A stretch of 64,000 nucleotides of DNA from Rhodosorus marinus CCMP1338 (GCA_029953675.1 JAMWBK010000007.1:1922001-1986000); one strand, 5' to 3'. Positions 48,653 through 61,345 are shown, numbered from the stretch's first letter. Notes: generated from the letters alone by a model not told the origin. Made by a program: numbers and translations.

Positions 48653-50080
48653 ATGTTGGTTCTGGGGTTCGCGGGAGATGTGAGCTGCATGACTCAGTCT
48701 TGGCGGTTTCGAAGACGACGAATGGTTTGTGTGAAGAGCGATGAAGGAGAACAGGTGAACGTATCTGAATCTGACGAGGATGGTCAGTCGCAGGAGACCG
48801 TGAATGGTCAACGCAGGGTGAAGAGAAGTAAGCCAAGACTGACCGTGAATGAGGAAGTTATGGAGAAGATCTGTCAGAAGGCGAAGGAAGTCGACTTGCA
48901 ACCTTCGCGACTGGCGAACTTTGTAATCGACACGTACTTGGCCGAAATTGAGAGGACTTTCTTCGGTACCAGAGGTGCGAGCTCTGTTGTGAAGTTGGAA
49001 CAGTCCAACCGAAACATCGATGTAGTCATCGTGGACGGTAAAGTTTTGAAGAACAAACTCACCCACTCCGCAAGTCGTTTTGGGCTAAGAGAAGACTTTT
49101 TTCTTTTCGCGAACCGTGTGCAGACCACGCAATCTACAACTGCCATAGAATGGTCAGATTCTCGATTATGGAGGTGCTATGTGAATACCATGATCTAAAT
49201 CTAGCCTTCTCGGACCTGGAGACCGCGTCCCTAGGGAACGTCGAGGCTGCAGTGAGGGAGATCATCAACAAGAACAACATGGAATCCGAGCTGAAGAGCA
49301 GTGACGTTCTAAACCAGGCGTATGATATCTATTTATCCAAGTACGCCACCAGCGGCCGTTTGTTCGCGTACAGAGGGGTTACAGACGTTATCAACAGACT
49401 CTCCAACCTAGGAGTTGAAGTTCTCATCGCTACTGAGACTCCAACTCCGGTCTTCGAAACCGCATCTGACGTCGTTGAGATGGCGAAAACTGTATCGTAC
49501 GACAAGGTCGTCATCGTGTAAGTACACAACCAGGCAACACCGGGAACATTTTTCACGCTTTGCTTAACACACGATTCGCTCTGTCTGTGTGCTCCCAGAA
49601 ACCAAGAGTCTGCTGAGGAATCCGGCAGAGGTAAGTATGATAGAAGACTAATCGATGTACCATCCTCAGCAAACGACGAAATCAGTTCTGAACGTGAACG
49701 TTTCTGTTGACTAGTTCTTCTCCAGTTCTGCGAAAACTTAAACGTAGATTCGAGTAGATGCGTCGTCCTCGCAGCTACTAAGAATGCTGTGGATATGGCC
49801 CGATCGGCAGGTAAGAAGAAACTTGTTTTCTGGTCGCTTTGAAGCAAAGTTGGTGCATCTATACTCTGGCCTTTTTTGGTATTGTTCTGAAGGGGCTGGC
49901 TGTTGTTGATGACTTTTAGAGATGCGATGTATTGGAGTTTCGCTTTACGAAGAACCGGAAGTATTGTCTGAAGCCGGAGCTGAGGTTGTAAGGGCCGAAA
50001 CTAGTCTTGTAACTTTGGACGACTTCTTTGGCCAGACCCTTGTCGAGGAGGATGACGATATCTATAGTCAGAGTTCATAG
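48653..50080 (+). CDS. Plastid-targeted HAD-superfamily-like protein with degenerate catalytic motifs (multi-exon)
   Basis: Transit peptide; AYRGVTDVINRL, VLIAT, KP, LNVDSSRCVVLAATKNAVDMARSAG-MRCIGV. Introns are phase-consistent where checked. Confidence 0.65.
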
Positions 50081-50531
50081 GACTGAACAGCCGGAGGAAA
50101 TTTGGACAGTAAAAATAACTCGAAGACGAATTGATCGCATGGATATTCAAGAGCTCTCTTGGTGTTGTCAGTCTTGCAACTTGATCCCAGAGTGTCAACT
50201 TGGCTTATAGCTTGAGCGACTCGTTGCGTGCTGTCCCAATCATCTGAGTTAAAACTTTTCCTTCACTTCTCGGCCTTTGAGGAGGGATCTTCATTGTTAT
50301 CGTCCGTTCAGTGTCGCGGATGTGGATTTATCTTCTTCCTAAACTTGAATCATGGGCCTTCTCTACGCGTCGATGACATAAGTCATGGTCTTTCGGAAAG
50401 CGAAAGGAATTCTTTCGTAGACAGAAGACAGCGGGCGTACGCTGCTCTTAGGCGATGAGCATTTTGTGCTCGCGGTCTCCAGGTTCACCCCTCTCCACGG
50501 GCAATCGGAAAATCCGCAATTCAACCGCTCC

Positions 50532-50942
50532 TCACTTTTGAGCATTACCAGCTACGAAGATCTCCCTGAGCCGAGTAGTAAAATCATCATCGGCCTCCTC
50601 ATCATCCCAATCGTCTTCCCACTCCCGATCCTCAACCTCGGGTTCCTCCATCTTCGTAGCATCCCAATCTGCGACGAAGCAAAAAAAAAGAACAAACCAC
50701 ACAAGAGGCAGAAACCCAAATAAGCCCAAACGAAAAAAAACACGCTGAAACCTCTAAACAAAAAGTGGGCAATCCTTTTTCTTCGAATCAGTCGCTTCCA
50801 AAAAGAACAACAACAACCTACCTTCATCCTCAAACTCCTCAAAATCGTCATCCTCAATCAACACCTCCGTCTCACCCGATGCTACAACTCCTTCAGTTGT
50901 CTCCTTTCCTTCCTTCTCCTCCGGCTTATCCACTTCCATCAT
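50532..50942 (-). CDS. SEM1: SEM1/DSS1 26S proteasome subunit (2 exons)
   Basis: LIEDDDFEEFED|DW...WEDDWDDEEADDDFTTRLR, with a phase-1 GT-AG intron. Confidence 0.92.
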
Positions 50943-52482
50943 AAGAAAACAAAACAGAAAAACAAAACCTCCCCCGCCCTGCCCCCGCCCCGCCCCCCCT
51001 CCCCCAAAAAGTCCTCCACCCCACAAAACAAGCGAATCCTAACGTCTCCAAAAATCCACACTAAAGAAAAAATTGAACAAACTTCAGTCCCAAAAGCCTC
51101 ACAAAACAAAAAAAAATAACAAAAAAACTAATCCAAAACAGTTAAATATCCTCTATACATCTATCCTTTTGCAAACACAATCCCTTCCCAACCTCTCTCC
51201 TTCACCATCTTCCCCTCTCCGACTCTTCTTATCTTCCTCTTCTCCCTCTCTCTCTCTCTCTCCCACCGTCTTCCCCAACTATAAAAATACATCCAAAAAA
51301 GAAATATCCCTCCTCATATTATATTGTGCCATTCCAGCCCAAAAACAGCACCCTGTTTTGTCCATAAAAATTCATCTTTTTAAGTGTCACTTTCTTTTCA
51401 CTAAGATCAGTCATTTTATGGGAGATATTGACTGCGTTTTCTTGCTTTGAAAATTAATTGTTTTTATTCTAAAGCGCGTAACGGGTCTCGGAATGAGGTG
51501 CAGTAGGAAGGGGCGTGGGAGGAGTACGCCGCTTTCAAAGCTAGGTCAGCATTTACAGCGCCAGAGAGTCAGACTCAATAGACATGGATGGTCGGGAAAG
51601 AGCATCAAGGGGGGGTTTCACGGTAGCACTCTCGCAACCAACCCCCCCCCCGGGCTGGGAGGGGAATCAAAAAGGCCAGGAGCGGATCGCCAAGAGACTC
51701 AGAGTTGGTAACGTGTCGTCGAAACCCTCTGATTTATGTCACTGGAAGATATGGAGGATATCCCGGCGATATCTAGGACGCTGGTCAGAAACGAGTTACG
51801 TTAGCGTGGGATCTACGTGCCACGAGGGCGAACAAGTAGTATCTCCGAGGCACTTCATGTCCTGAAGGTCTGGATCGAAACCGACTGCATAGGTCCGATA
51901 CTCCGAGGATCCAATCTATTTGCTGTGGCAGTCGTAGTGGTGGCAGCACTTCAAAAGCAAGCTCACGTTCCTGGGCGTGGAAAGCAGAGTCCATCTCCCC
52001 TCGGCTGAGGGGGGGGGGGAGCGTTCCGTTGAAACCAACAAACACAATCACCTCGATGGTTTAACCTTCGAGAATCCTCCGCTTTCAACCGCTACGTTGC
52101 AACAGTTGTTCTAGAACTAGGTGGTAGCCGCCACAAAACTCACGGAATGCTTGCGAAGCTCCAGATCGGATAAACGGACTTCTCTTCAGAGCTCGGCCGT
52201 GCAAATCGCGAACGACTTTGCTATGATATTCATGACCTTTGACAAGCCAGTAGAAGCGTCTCAACAAGCTCAGCACTACTGTTCCTCTCCAAGCTCCAAG
52301 TTCTCTCTTGTCCCTCTCATGCGTATTGTTTAGTACTTCGATTTCTATCTACATCAGCAGTATTCTGCTGTGTTTGATTGGTGAGTCCGCAATGGATCGA
52401 GCTCTGCGTTCCCCGTACTGGGAGGGAGCTTCGCACTTGGAAGCGAAGTCCGGTCCAAGCCTATAGAATGCTTCAGTTCCGA

Positions 52483-55400
52483 TTAGCTGTTCTCTCGGTC
52501 TTTTTTCTGTTTCAATCCTTCCGTAATATAGCGCTGCTTGCGGCGTTTGGTTTCGCCCATTTGGTGCTTCTCCTCCTCTTTAGCTAGCTCCTTTCTCTTC
52601 TTTGCCAACCTCTCCTTCGCGGCCACTTTGCGTTTCTGTACGCGCTCGTTCTTTACTGTGCCGATCATCTGCATAAGATGGTACTCCTTTCGTTCCTCCG
52701 GCTCCATGACCACCGCACGATCCATGTTAAGTCTCTTTGGAGGATTTTTCTTCTTCATCTGCTTGGGACGACTGGCATAGGGCAGTGCCTCTTCCAGCTT
52801 CTTCGGTATCTGCATAGGATTGAACCTCCTCGTCTCTCTCTCGATTGGCTTGTACAACGAGTCCGTATTTGTTGGAATTGGTAGCTGCTTCGCCTCTCTC
52901 AACTCCCTAGTTGTTCTCATTCTCCAAGAATTTGTCTCATCTCGAGTGCCGAGCTTGGCCTCCAACAAAGTAGTCGCCACGCTGCAATACTCCTTCGGAT
53001 CGACTGGAACCCATGCTCGAAGGAAGACGAGATCGCTTCGAAGAAGCTTGTCCTCAAATGTCGCGCGAAAAGCCCCAGGAGGACACGGGGTACTATCTGA
53101 TGCACCAGGTCTCAGCGCCTGGTCACAGAAAGGGGCGGAGGCGCACAATTTAGACTAAAGCAGTTTTCAAAAGCGGACCAAAAAAAAAAGTTCCATTCCC
53201 CGGATTTCGTACCTTCTTGATTGTACCTCTTATCCCCGAAACAGTCCTCAGGCTCGCTCCTACAAACTTGTTCACCTCCAGCTCAGAATTGAACATCCTT
53301 TTGATGAAAGCTGTGTTCTTGTGAACAACGAACGGCTCCCCTACGAGCTTTAGCTTCTTCACAATGTTGAACTGCACATCGACGTCAGTAACGGTGCCCA
53401 TCGCTCCCACTCTGAACCCTTTGATAGATCTACCGAGACTCTGGCAGGCCACCAACCCAGTCGAAGGTGGCGCAGGGAAGCCCCAAAAGGTCGCGTAGCA
53501 GTGCATATGCTCCGGCGTATACTTCAAGAAGCGTTGCCTCTTATTCGGGTCTTCGATGGAGTAGACTGGAGCTGTTTGATACCGTCGCCAGCCAATACTC
53601 ATCACAATCGGATCGTGAGATTTTAAAACGCCCCTCTTCCATCGGTGTCGCTTCACACGAGAACGGATGAGCATCTTCTTCTCGTCTCCCCTCTGGAGCC
53701 CGCCCAGGATTACCGGGTACCTTGGGTTGAAATGTTGAATGAACTCTACAGGCACGTTTTCTAGTTCCACACGGACATATCTGGGCATCGAACCGCGGTG
53801 GAGAGAGGACTAGTCTTCAGCATCAACGAGGAATTATCCGTCGTGCTTGAGCTGCAGTTGATTTGCTTACCTGCCAGGAAGAATTCCTTCGATGGCCTGT
53901 CTCGTCGCTTCATCAACACCAGAAAGCAGGTCCGTTCGTTTCTCATTCAGGAGTCGACGTTCATGGTCTACTTGTTGAACATTCTCGTGGGGCTTGGCTT
54001 GTGTGTCCGTTTTCATATCTTCGTACTCAGCGTCGAATTGTTTTTTCTTTTCTTCTCGTCTCTTCTGAAGTTCTTCTTCATCCAGATCGCTCAAAGATTC
54101 ACTTCCCTCCGGGTCGTCCTCCCCAGCGCCGTTTTCAAACTTCTCGCCGGTCTCCACATCCTGAAAATCACCGTACACCTCATCGCCCTCATCCTCGTCG
54201 CCATCGATCCCACTCCCCGTCGCGAAACGTCTCTGTTTTAGCTCAGAACAAGCGTCCTCATCTCGAGACCAGTTGGTGGCGAGAATCAAAACCCTGGACA
54301 AGTCACGATCATCATCAACCTCAGCGTCGGTGCTTTTCTTCGTGAAGAAATCCCCTTCATCCTCTTCATTCTCCTCTTCAGCATTCTCCTCCACCTGTTC
54401 ATCATCGGCAGTTGCCGCAGATCCATAGATATATCTCGCAAGTCCCAACTGCGTCCACTGTTTTCGCTTCGCTCGATTCAGTTGGAGCTCTTTCCATTTC
54501 GTTTCCGCATAATCCTCGCCGCTCGCTTCCTCCTCTTCCTCCTCTTCATCTTCTTCCTCGCTATCCGAAACAGAAGACTTACGGTTCACGTCCTCATCTT
54601 CATCACTCTGCCGTTGACTATCGTCCGAGTCTTCTTCTTCACTCTCCTCAACGCCGTCGTCCTCTTCCCCTTGGTCGTCAAAGAACCGCCCAGAAGCAAC
54701 TGGAACACCACCCGGAAGGATGCTCATCTGCTGCTGCTTCTTCAGCTCATCCATACCCACTTCGACCTTTTGGAGATCCTTCACCATGCTCTCACCTTCC
54801 CTGTCTCCACGGTCTCCAGGATCTCCCGTTCCGTCGTCTTTATTCCCATCCTCAGGACGTTCAGAAAATCTCGCATCGGGAAGGTTAATGTAGACTGCGT
54901 CTTTATCATACATTATGCCATCTACTTCACCACTCATCGGAGCGTAAAGAATTCGATCTTTATCTCCAATCTTCCGCTTCTTTACCTCGGCAGAGGGATG
55001 ATCATATCCTCCTTGTGCAGGAGGACAGGGGTCTGGAAGCACATCGACCTTACGAGCACGAAGATCACCTAAACCAGCAACATGTAAAGCCCATGAACCG
55101 TTGACTAGACGTAGACTTGATCCTCGAACGTAACCGAAAGCTGCGACTGTCCGGTCCTCCGCCTTTCCAACTGAAGGGTCGGTCATGTCCTCAACTCGAT
55201 CTGCGAGGACGTAAGGATGCTCGGATCTCCATCTGACGACTTTGTACTTTGTGACTGAGATGAACCGGGAAAGGTTGAGAACCTCTCTGCTGAGGTAGTC
55301 TTCGTGAGTGGTGAGGCCGCTGAAGTAGAAAAGCTTTGCACCGTCATAAAGCTCCGCCCAGAATCTTGACTTGAGCCGTTTCTTAACCTTAGTCAGCTGC

Positions 55401-55948
55401 TTTCCATCCCGGAACTTATCCAGGTGCGTCAAAACGCCCATCACGTTGGGCATTCCGTGAGCGGCGGCGATATTGAGCATCTCAAAAGTTTCCATTTCGA
55501 ATCCGTAGTGAGCGTCGATGACGCATACGATCAAATCCGCTACTTTCGCGGCATCTATAATCGAAGAAAGATCATCTGAGACCTCGATAAAAGTGAGCCT
55601 TCGTTTCTTCCCCGATACCATCGTCATCGGGCCGAGAACTTCTCCAACTTTTCGCCGGGTGTAGTGGCGAACAAGCGATCTTATAAGAGTAGATTTTCCG
55701 CTCCTCCGAGGCCCAATAACGGCGACAACCTTGGGCGCAGCATCGTTGCCGTACCTATCCACAGGTGCGTTTGGGTTCTTCGCCCGCCGCTCGTCCCTCT
55801 CCGCGGATATCTTGATGCTCCTAGCCAACGCCCCAGGCTTGGCGAACGCCCGCCTCTCCTGTCCAGACTTCTTATTCTTCTTATCCTTTTTCGACCCATT
55901 CTTCTTGTCATCGCTCTGCTCACCACCTTCGGCTTCAGACTTCGCCAT
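52483..55948 (-). CDS. BMS1: Ribosome biogenesis GTPase BMS1 (3 exons)
   Basis: GPRRSGKS, GKKRRLTFIE, IDAAKVADL, GFEMETFE, HPYVLADR, KRHRWKR, SIGWRRYQT, KYTPEHMHC, IRTVSGIRG-like LRTVSGIRG, FRATFEDK. Confidence 0.97.
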
Positions 55949-56863
55949 TCTGTCCAATTCAACTGGTCAAACCGATCTCGTATTTAAGCAGGTCTATCAA
56001 GACTCCTTAGATGCCATTATCGAAAGACAATATCCTAATACAGGTTCAATTTTGTGCCATTCTAGTATCAGCAGATTCTGTATCACACTCAAGCCAGTCG
56101 TAAGCTCAACTTCCTCCCCGCAACCCCCATCTCCTTCACTCATTCAATCCATTCGTACCCACCGACGGTGTACCTCACGAGGCTACTAATCTGCTCAGTT
56201 TCCGGTGTGACTCTAGACCTTAGCTTCCATCACGTGTGACAGGGTTTTCCTTGAAACAAAACCTATTGCGTTTGTGGTGTTGCTTTCCGCAGCCACTGCT
56301 CGACCATGAAGCAGTTTCCAGCTACTCGTGGTGCAGACAATCCGCTCACGGCGTTAAGTCGCGGTTTCAATTTCAAGTTTATGGTGACGATGAAACCATA
56401 CTTATACGTCATATTCCAGTGTACTATGTGACCATTTACTTGTAATTAAATTCCAATATATATTTAATCTATTTACTAATGTGGACGACAACTTGTTTTA
56501 TTGTCTCCGTTGAATTGACGGCCATACTCAGATGTTGATTGGCTGATTTGTATGCATATTGACGAATTAACATTGTTCTTGTGCAGTATCACTCCTAGAT
56601 TGGAAGAAAAGGAACCAAGCCGATCGTAATTGGGTTAACGGAAACGGACTGTAAGCTAAGGTTGGTTTGGATGTTTTGGGACGAAAAAAGTTTGGCTGCC
56701 TTTGGCTTTTAGCACAACCAGTATACGCCTTTGCCAAAGCTTCATCCGCAATCGAGAGATAGTGTTGATCGTAAGCTCAGACAACCTTGACAAAGACGGG
56801 CTCAGGCTCCGCAGAAAGTTCTTGAAATCTTCGATTCCATTTCTTCTTTTTATGGTCAGTAGT

Positions 56864-58783
56864 TCAGTCAATGCGTATCGATGAGTAGATCTTCCTAACA
56901 AACCAGAGGGAAGCGGTGAGTCCAATATACCCTTCCATTAAGCAAAAGGATACTGAGAAGACGGCGTTGTACGAAAAAAAGAGAGTAAGCGATGTCAGGT
57001 GGTTCGAAATTTCTGCGTCCGTCTGCCTCAAGAAGAATGTCACACAGAAAGCAAACACGTAAAAGCCCGTGAAGGCCGTATTCACAAAAGAATACCACCA
57101 CCATCTGTAGTCCTCAGAAATCAGCTTCAGGTAAGTGAGAGCGATAGACACTTCTGCTGATGCGAGCAATCCCAAAACGAACACAATGAACATGAACCCA
57201 AACATGTAGTACACCTGGTTCTGCCACAAAGAATTCAGGACGAAAACCAGCTGAATTAACACCACCCCGAAAGGAACCAGTGCCGCGAGTATGCAGTGAA
57301 ACTTTGAGCTTTTCGACAGCAAGGATGCCGGAATCTCTCTTGGGATGGCGTTCGTTCGACAGGGCCATTCGTTTTTCTGCTTCTTAAATCCAAGGAACGA
57401 TCCGAACAATACAAGAGGGACTGACAGTCCAAACCACAGGAAAACGATCAACATCAGAGTCGTGAAGGGCACAGCCGCGGTCGATTTCTTGACAGCCAAA
57501 AGAATGTTCAGTCCAAAGAACACGCTGAACACAGCTCCAGTAAAAAGGAAAGCCGAACCAAGAGCGACAGCCCTTCTGTTCCCCCCCTGTATACTATTGT
57601 AGAGCTTCGCAGAGACGTAGCCGGAGACACTCGAGAGCGCGACCCACATGCATACGAGTGAGGTTAAGAGAGCGCCACGGTGGGAAGGACTGACAATGCC
57701 GAAAATAGCTATCGTCAAGGTGCTTAGCAGCGTCCACAATATCTGAGCACCGGTTCCATTCATGATACACAGCAGCTCTGCTCGCGGTGGTGTTCGAAAA
57801 ACATCAGCATGAACTAGCTTCCAGCCAGACTCGTTGAGCATGTCCGCCTCGTCCTCCAAACCGTTGTACCTCACGAAATCATTATGAACCGTCTTGAGGA
57901 GAATGCCACCGACAATCAGCGTGAGCGTTAGCGTCAACATAACCGAAATGGAGATCGAGATCCACTGGATGTCTTTCTGCCCTCCACCGCCGTCGAGAAG
58001 CGGATCCCATCTCGTTGCCCAGTTCTGTGAGCTGTATTCATAGGACACATCGTATGTGAACGTAATGGGATCCGTATCCAACTGCTGCAGAGACTCTGGG
58101 TAGGTGTTCTTGATCTGGCAAATTCCATCCTTGTTGTCCCGTGTAGAGTACGGTAGGACTTCAAATCCAACAACCTGGTATCCATCCTCTTTGTACTCCA
58201 AATCCGCGAGGTCTGGAACCTTGGTTGGCTTGTGATACAAAACCTTGAATCGAAAATGGTTGTGCACATAGTAGTTTTCCTCCCACCTGAGTCCGAACGG
58301 GTAGCCTATCTGGAAAACGCTGGATCCGTCATTGGAGTTTCCTCGCATCACGACTGGCAGATTATCTAGATTAAGCCTAACGACGTAATCATCATCGATA
58401 AGCCTCTGCATCAGCTTCAGGACAAGATCCGAGTTGAGCTTTTGCAATGGCCCAGTCATGTTTCTCCCAACCTCCCCTCTGCAGAGAAACTTGCAGGTCT
58501 CATTAACCATCATCCTGAAATCAAAGTTTGTAAACTCATGCCGTTCTCCCATCAGGAGCTGTCCGAGGTTCAGCCTGTCCGCACTCTCCGTCTTGATCGT
58601 TGGTGCCGGCCGGCAAAATGGGTAGGCATAGTGGTACTGATGCGGCAGTTGGTTCTTGGGAGACTGAAGCTTGTTCGCATAGACTTCCAAGATTTCTCCC
58701 TCACGATAGTCTTTCGGACCCATCCCCGGAATGTAACCACAGCACATCCCAACGAGGACCAACCAGATCAGGAAGTACCTCAT
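56864..58783 (-). CDS. TM9SF: Transmembrane 9 superfamily (nonaspanin/EMP70) protein, single exon
   Basis: Signal peptide; YPFC, LNLGQLLMG, LDNLP, WATRWD, IQWISI, ESGWKLVHADVFR, PCRTNAIPREIP, EDYRWWW, FVRKIYSSIRID. Confidence 0.97.
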   Translation of the reverse strand: MRYFLIWLVLVGMCCGYIPGMGPKDYREGEILEVYANKLQSPKNQLPHQYHYAYPFCRPAPTIKTESADRLNLGQLLMGERHEFTNFDFRMMVNETCKFLCRGEVGRNMTGPLQKLNSDLVLKLMQRLIDDDYVVRLNLDNLPVVMRGNSNDGSSVFQIGYPFGLRWEENYYVHNHFRFKVLYHKPTKVPDLADLEYKEDGYQVVGFEVLPYSTRDNKDGICQIKNTYPESLQQLDTDPITFTYDVSYEYSSQNWATRWDPLLDGGGGQKDIQWISISISVMLTLTLTLIVGGILLKTVHNDFVRYNGLEDEADMLNESGWKLVHADVFRTPPRAELLCIMNGTGAQILWTLLSTLTIAIFGIVSPSHRGALLTSLVCMWVALSSVSGYVSAKLYNSIQGGNRRAVALGSAFLFTGAVFSVFFGLNILLAVKKSTAAVPFTTLMLIVFLWFGLSVPLVLFGSFLGFKKQKNEWPCRTNAIPREIPASLLSKSSKFHCILAALVPFGVVLIQLVFVLNSLWQNQVYYMFGFMFIVFVLGLLASAEVSIALTYLKLISEDYRWWWYSFVNTAFTGFYVFAFCVTFFLRQTDAEISNHLTSLTLFFSYNAVFSVSFCLMEGYIGLTASLWFVRKIYSSIRID

Positions 58784-59261
58784 CTTGAAACAGGCAACAG
58801 ACCCCAAAAATGGAACAAACTACAAAGCAAAGAGAACTACCTCCTTCCAAAATCCCTACCAAAACCCTTTTAATAGCCTTTCAGCCATCACCACCCGGTC
58901 CAAAACGTCTCAACCGATCAGCGCGGGCTAGTTATTCCCACCACTTCACTAGACTCCATTCGATCCCCCCCAAGGGCTACTCGTTCCGTTCAATGCTCCC
59001 TTCGTAGGTAAACACTCATGAAAACCAGATTCAACCTACGATTCTACATGTACAATTCCATCTCTCGCCCCAAACACCACCATCAATCGTCCTCCTTTCA
59101 TCCCCAAATCTTCTCAGCCATTCTAAACCCCCCAACCCCAATCCAATCCACTAAATACTTAAATCAATACCTTCTTCAAAAAACGTCAAAAGCCACAGTG
59201 TCATCTACCATGTACTATAGTACTATACCACAGAACCCTAATTTTTAGCATACAATTTCTG

Positions 59262-60037
59262 CCAATTAAGGGCCTCCTAGTCAGATTAGCTTCGTAATAA
59301 TCCAATTAAGATACTTAAAATTATATTACTCTTTATTACTCCAATAGTACTTCTTATGAAATCGTACAAGTAGTTTTATCCAATTAAGAAAGGAGAAAGT
59401 ATGTTATTGCTAGTTACTCCAATAGTACTTCTTATGACATCGTACAAGTAGCTTCATCCAATTACGAAAGGAAAAAATATGGTAATGCTCGTTACTCCAA
59501 TAGTATCTCTTATGACTTCTTATTAGTATTTTGATCCAATTAAGAAAGGAGAAGATATGTTACTGTTGATTACTCCAATAGTACTACTTATCGTATCTTA
59601 CGAGCATTCTTATCCAATTAAGTAAGGAAAAAGAATGTTACTGTTAAGTACTCCAATAGTATTACTTATGACATCTTACGAGCATTCTTATCCAATTAAG
59701 TAAGGAAAAAGTATGGTACTGTTGACTACTTCAATAGTAGTACTTATAATATCTTACGGGCAATATTATCCAATTAAGCAAGGAAAAAGAATGTTACTGT
59801 TAATCACTCCAATAGTATTACTTATTATGTCTTACGAGCATTTTTATCCAATTAAGTACGGAAAAAGTATGCTACTGTTAATTACTCCAATAGTACTTCT
59901 TATGACATCTTATTAGCTCTTTTATCCAATTAAAGTATAGTCTGCCTATTACTCCAATTATGTTTCTTAGAGCGACCTACGATGGGGTTAATCCAATTAT
60001 ATCTGAGATTATCGTTTAGGAATGATGAGAATCCAAT
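59262..60037. repeat. AT-rich satellite: 78-bp unit (8 copies) made of two 39-bp subunits, each with CCAAT
   Basis: TACTCCAATAGTA-like at 59337, 59415, 59493, 59571, 59649, 59727, 59805 and 59883. A second (T)ATCCAATT sits 39 bp after each. Confidence 0.95.
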
Positions 60038-60364
60038 GGCTTAGAGTATTACACGTCTTGATTTATTTGACTATACTTCAATTATTTTAGTTAAACTGTG
60101 ATTCACGTTGTTTGCGGCAGTTATCCAATTATCGATGGATTTAGAGCGTATGTGGTTTTAGTTGGCTAAATAGAGAGCTAAACAAAAATAATAATGAGCT
60201 ATTGGACAACGACTTGTTTATAAGACAAATTCGTATGTTCATTGGGCAACATGTTGACCGTGGACGAGGGTCGCCCGGCCGCCCTTGAAGAGGTTCGCTC
60301 TCCTCTCGACGGTACATTCTCCCGGTCGCTGCAGGAGTATCCGCTTCTACAATCTTGTCTAGGG

Positions 60365-61345
60365 CTACTCGTGCGGTTTGTATATCCCTATTGTACTTGA
60401 TTGACTCGCCACGTATACATACGAGTCATGCTTCCAGGCGACGTCGTTGATCTTCTCGCCATGTCTGATGGTTTGTACCGCTTCCAGGGCAGACGATGGG
60501 TCCGCCTTCCATAGTACCAGTTCACAGTCTATCCCTCCAGATATCAGCCGGTCAGTTCCCCATGCCACAGCAGTGGCTGCCGCGCGGTGAACATTCGATC
60601 CACGAGATACTATTGGTTCCGATGAGCCCAAATCTAGTATGACAATATCCCCTGAGCCCAGCGCACAGGCTACACGACCACGATGACGGTTCTCCGCTTC
60701 TAGCTTATGAACAAATGGAGGGTTTACAACCTGCGTAGAGTCTTCTGCAACGTTGACATCCGTCTTCGACGTGGTCTTTCCCCGCCCAAAGTCCCAGCCA
60801 AGTACACTGCAATCGAAGGAGCCAGAGAGAAGCTCCCAGACCGTGCCTCTTCGAAACGCAACTGATGAGGCAATATTGGAGTGTTGTTTTCTCATCCGCT
60901 TCCAACGAATGGCGTTGGGGTTCCGAGAACATTCCGCTGCAGCACCTGATAAATCCAAAACCGCCACATCGCCAGCGTCATCACATGAGGCTAAATACGT
61001 CCCTTTCTCGTTCACTGCCAGCGAATTAACTTCGTCCTCAGCAGAGCTACCAAGGGAGTTCTTCCATCGGAACTCCCGTAAAACAACACCCTCTTTCCTC
61101 AGGTCATATTCCCTCACGTCACACTCAGCAGCGACAAAAAGCCGATGCGGTTCCACCTCAGACGATACAACAGCCGAAACCTGCTGCCCGCGACCCACAA
61201 ACACACATTTCACACTTCTCAACCCACGAGGCCAGTCCCATAATCTCACCGTACCGTCACTACCTCCACTCACAATACACCTCTCCCAAGCACCAATCGA
61301 CAACACCTCACCTTGATGGCCCGAAAGTCGACTTACCCCATTCAT
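60365..61345 (-). CDS. WD40-repeat protein, WDR53-like
   Basis: GHQGEVL, SGGSDGTVRLWD, LASCDDAGDVAVLDL, HSNIASSVAF, LLSGSFDCSVLGWDF, LISGGIDCELVLW. Confidence 0.85.
   Translation of the reverse strand: MNGVSRLSGHQGEVLSIGAWERCIVSGGSDGTVRLWDWPRGLRSVKCVFVGRGQQVSAVVSSEVEPHRLFVAAECDVREYDLRKEGVVLREFRWKNSLGSSAEDEVNSLAVNEKGTYLASCDDAGDVAVLDLSGAAAECSRNPNAIRWKRMRKQHSNIASSVAFRRGTVWELLSGSFDCSVLGWDFGRGKTTSKTDVNVAEDSTQVVNPPFVHKLEAENRHRGRVACALGSGDIVILDLGSSEPIVSRGSNVHRAAATAVAWGTDRLISGGIDCELVLWKADPSSALEAVQTIRHGEKINDVAWKHDSYVYVASQSSTIGIYKPHE

Noticed and set aside
50266-50278. CTTCTCGGCCTTT resembling the 5' part of U2 snRNA
   Set aside because: The match stops at 13 nt and the branch-point recognition sequence GTGTAGTA does not follow.
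53798-56189. Long plus-strand ORFs (147-196 aa) over BMS1
   Set aside because: These are antisense shadows of a charged, low-complexity coding region, with no recognisable motifs. The same applies to antisense ORFs over cysK, ERMP1, TM9SF and WDR53.
59713-59916. 26-aa repeat protein (MLLLITPIVLL...) from the satellite
   Set aside because: Neighbouring units carry in-frame stops, and composition is far more AT-rich than real coding sequence here.
56482-60215. Shared TGGACxACxACTTGTTT word at ~56482 and ~60199
   Set aside because: About 16/18 identity is expected by chance many times in 64 kb.
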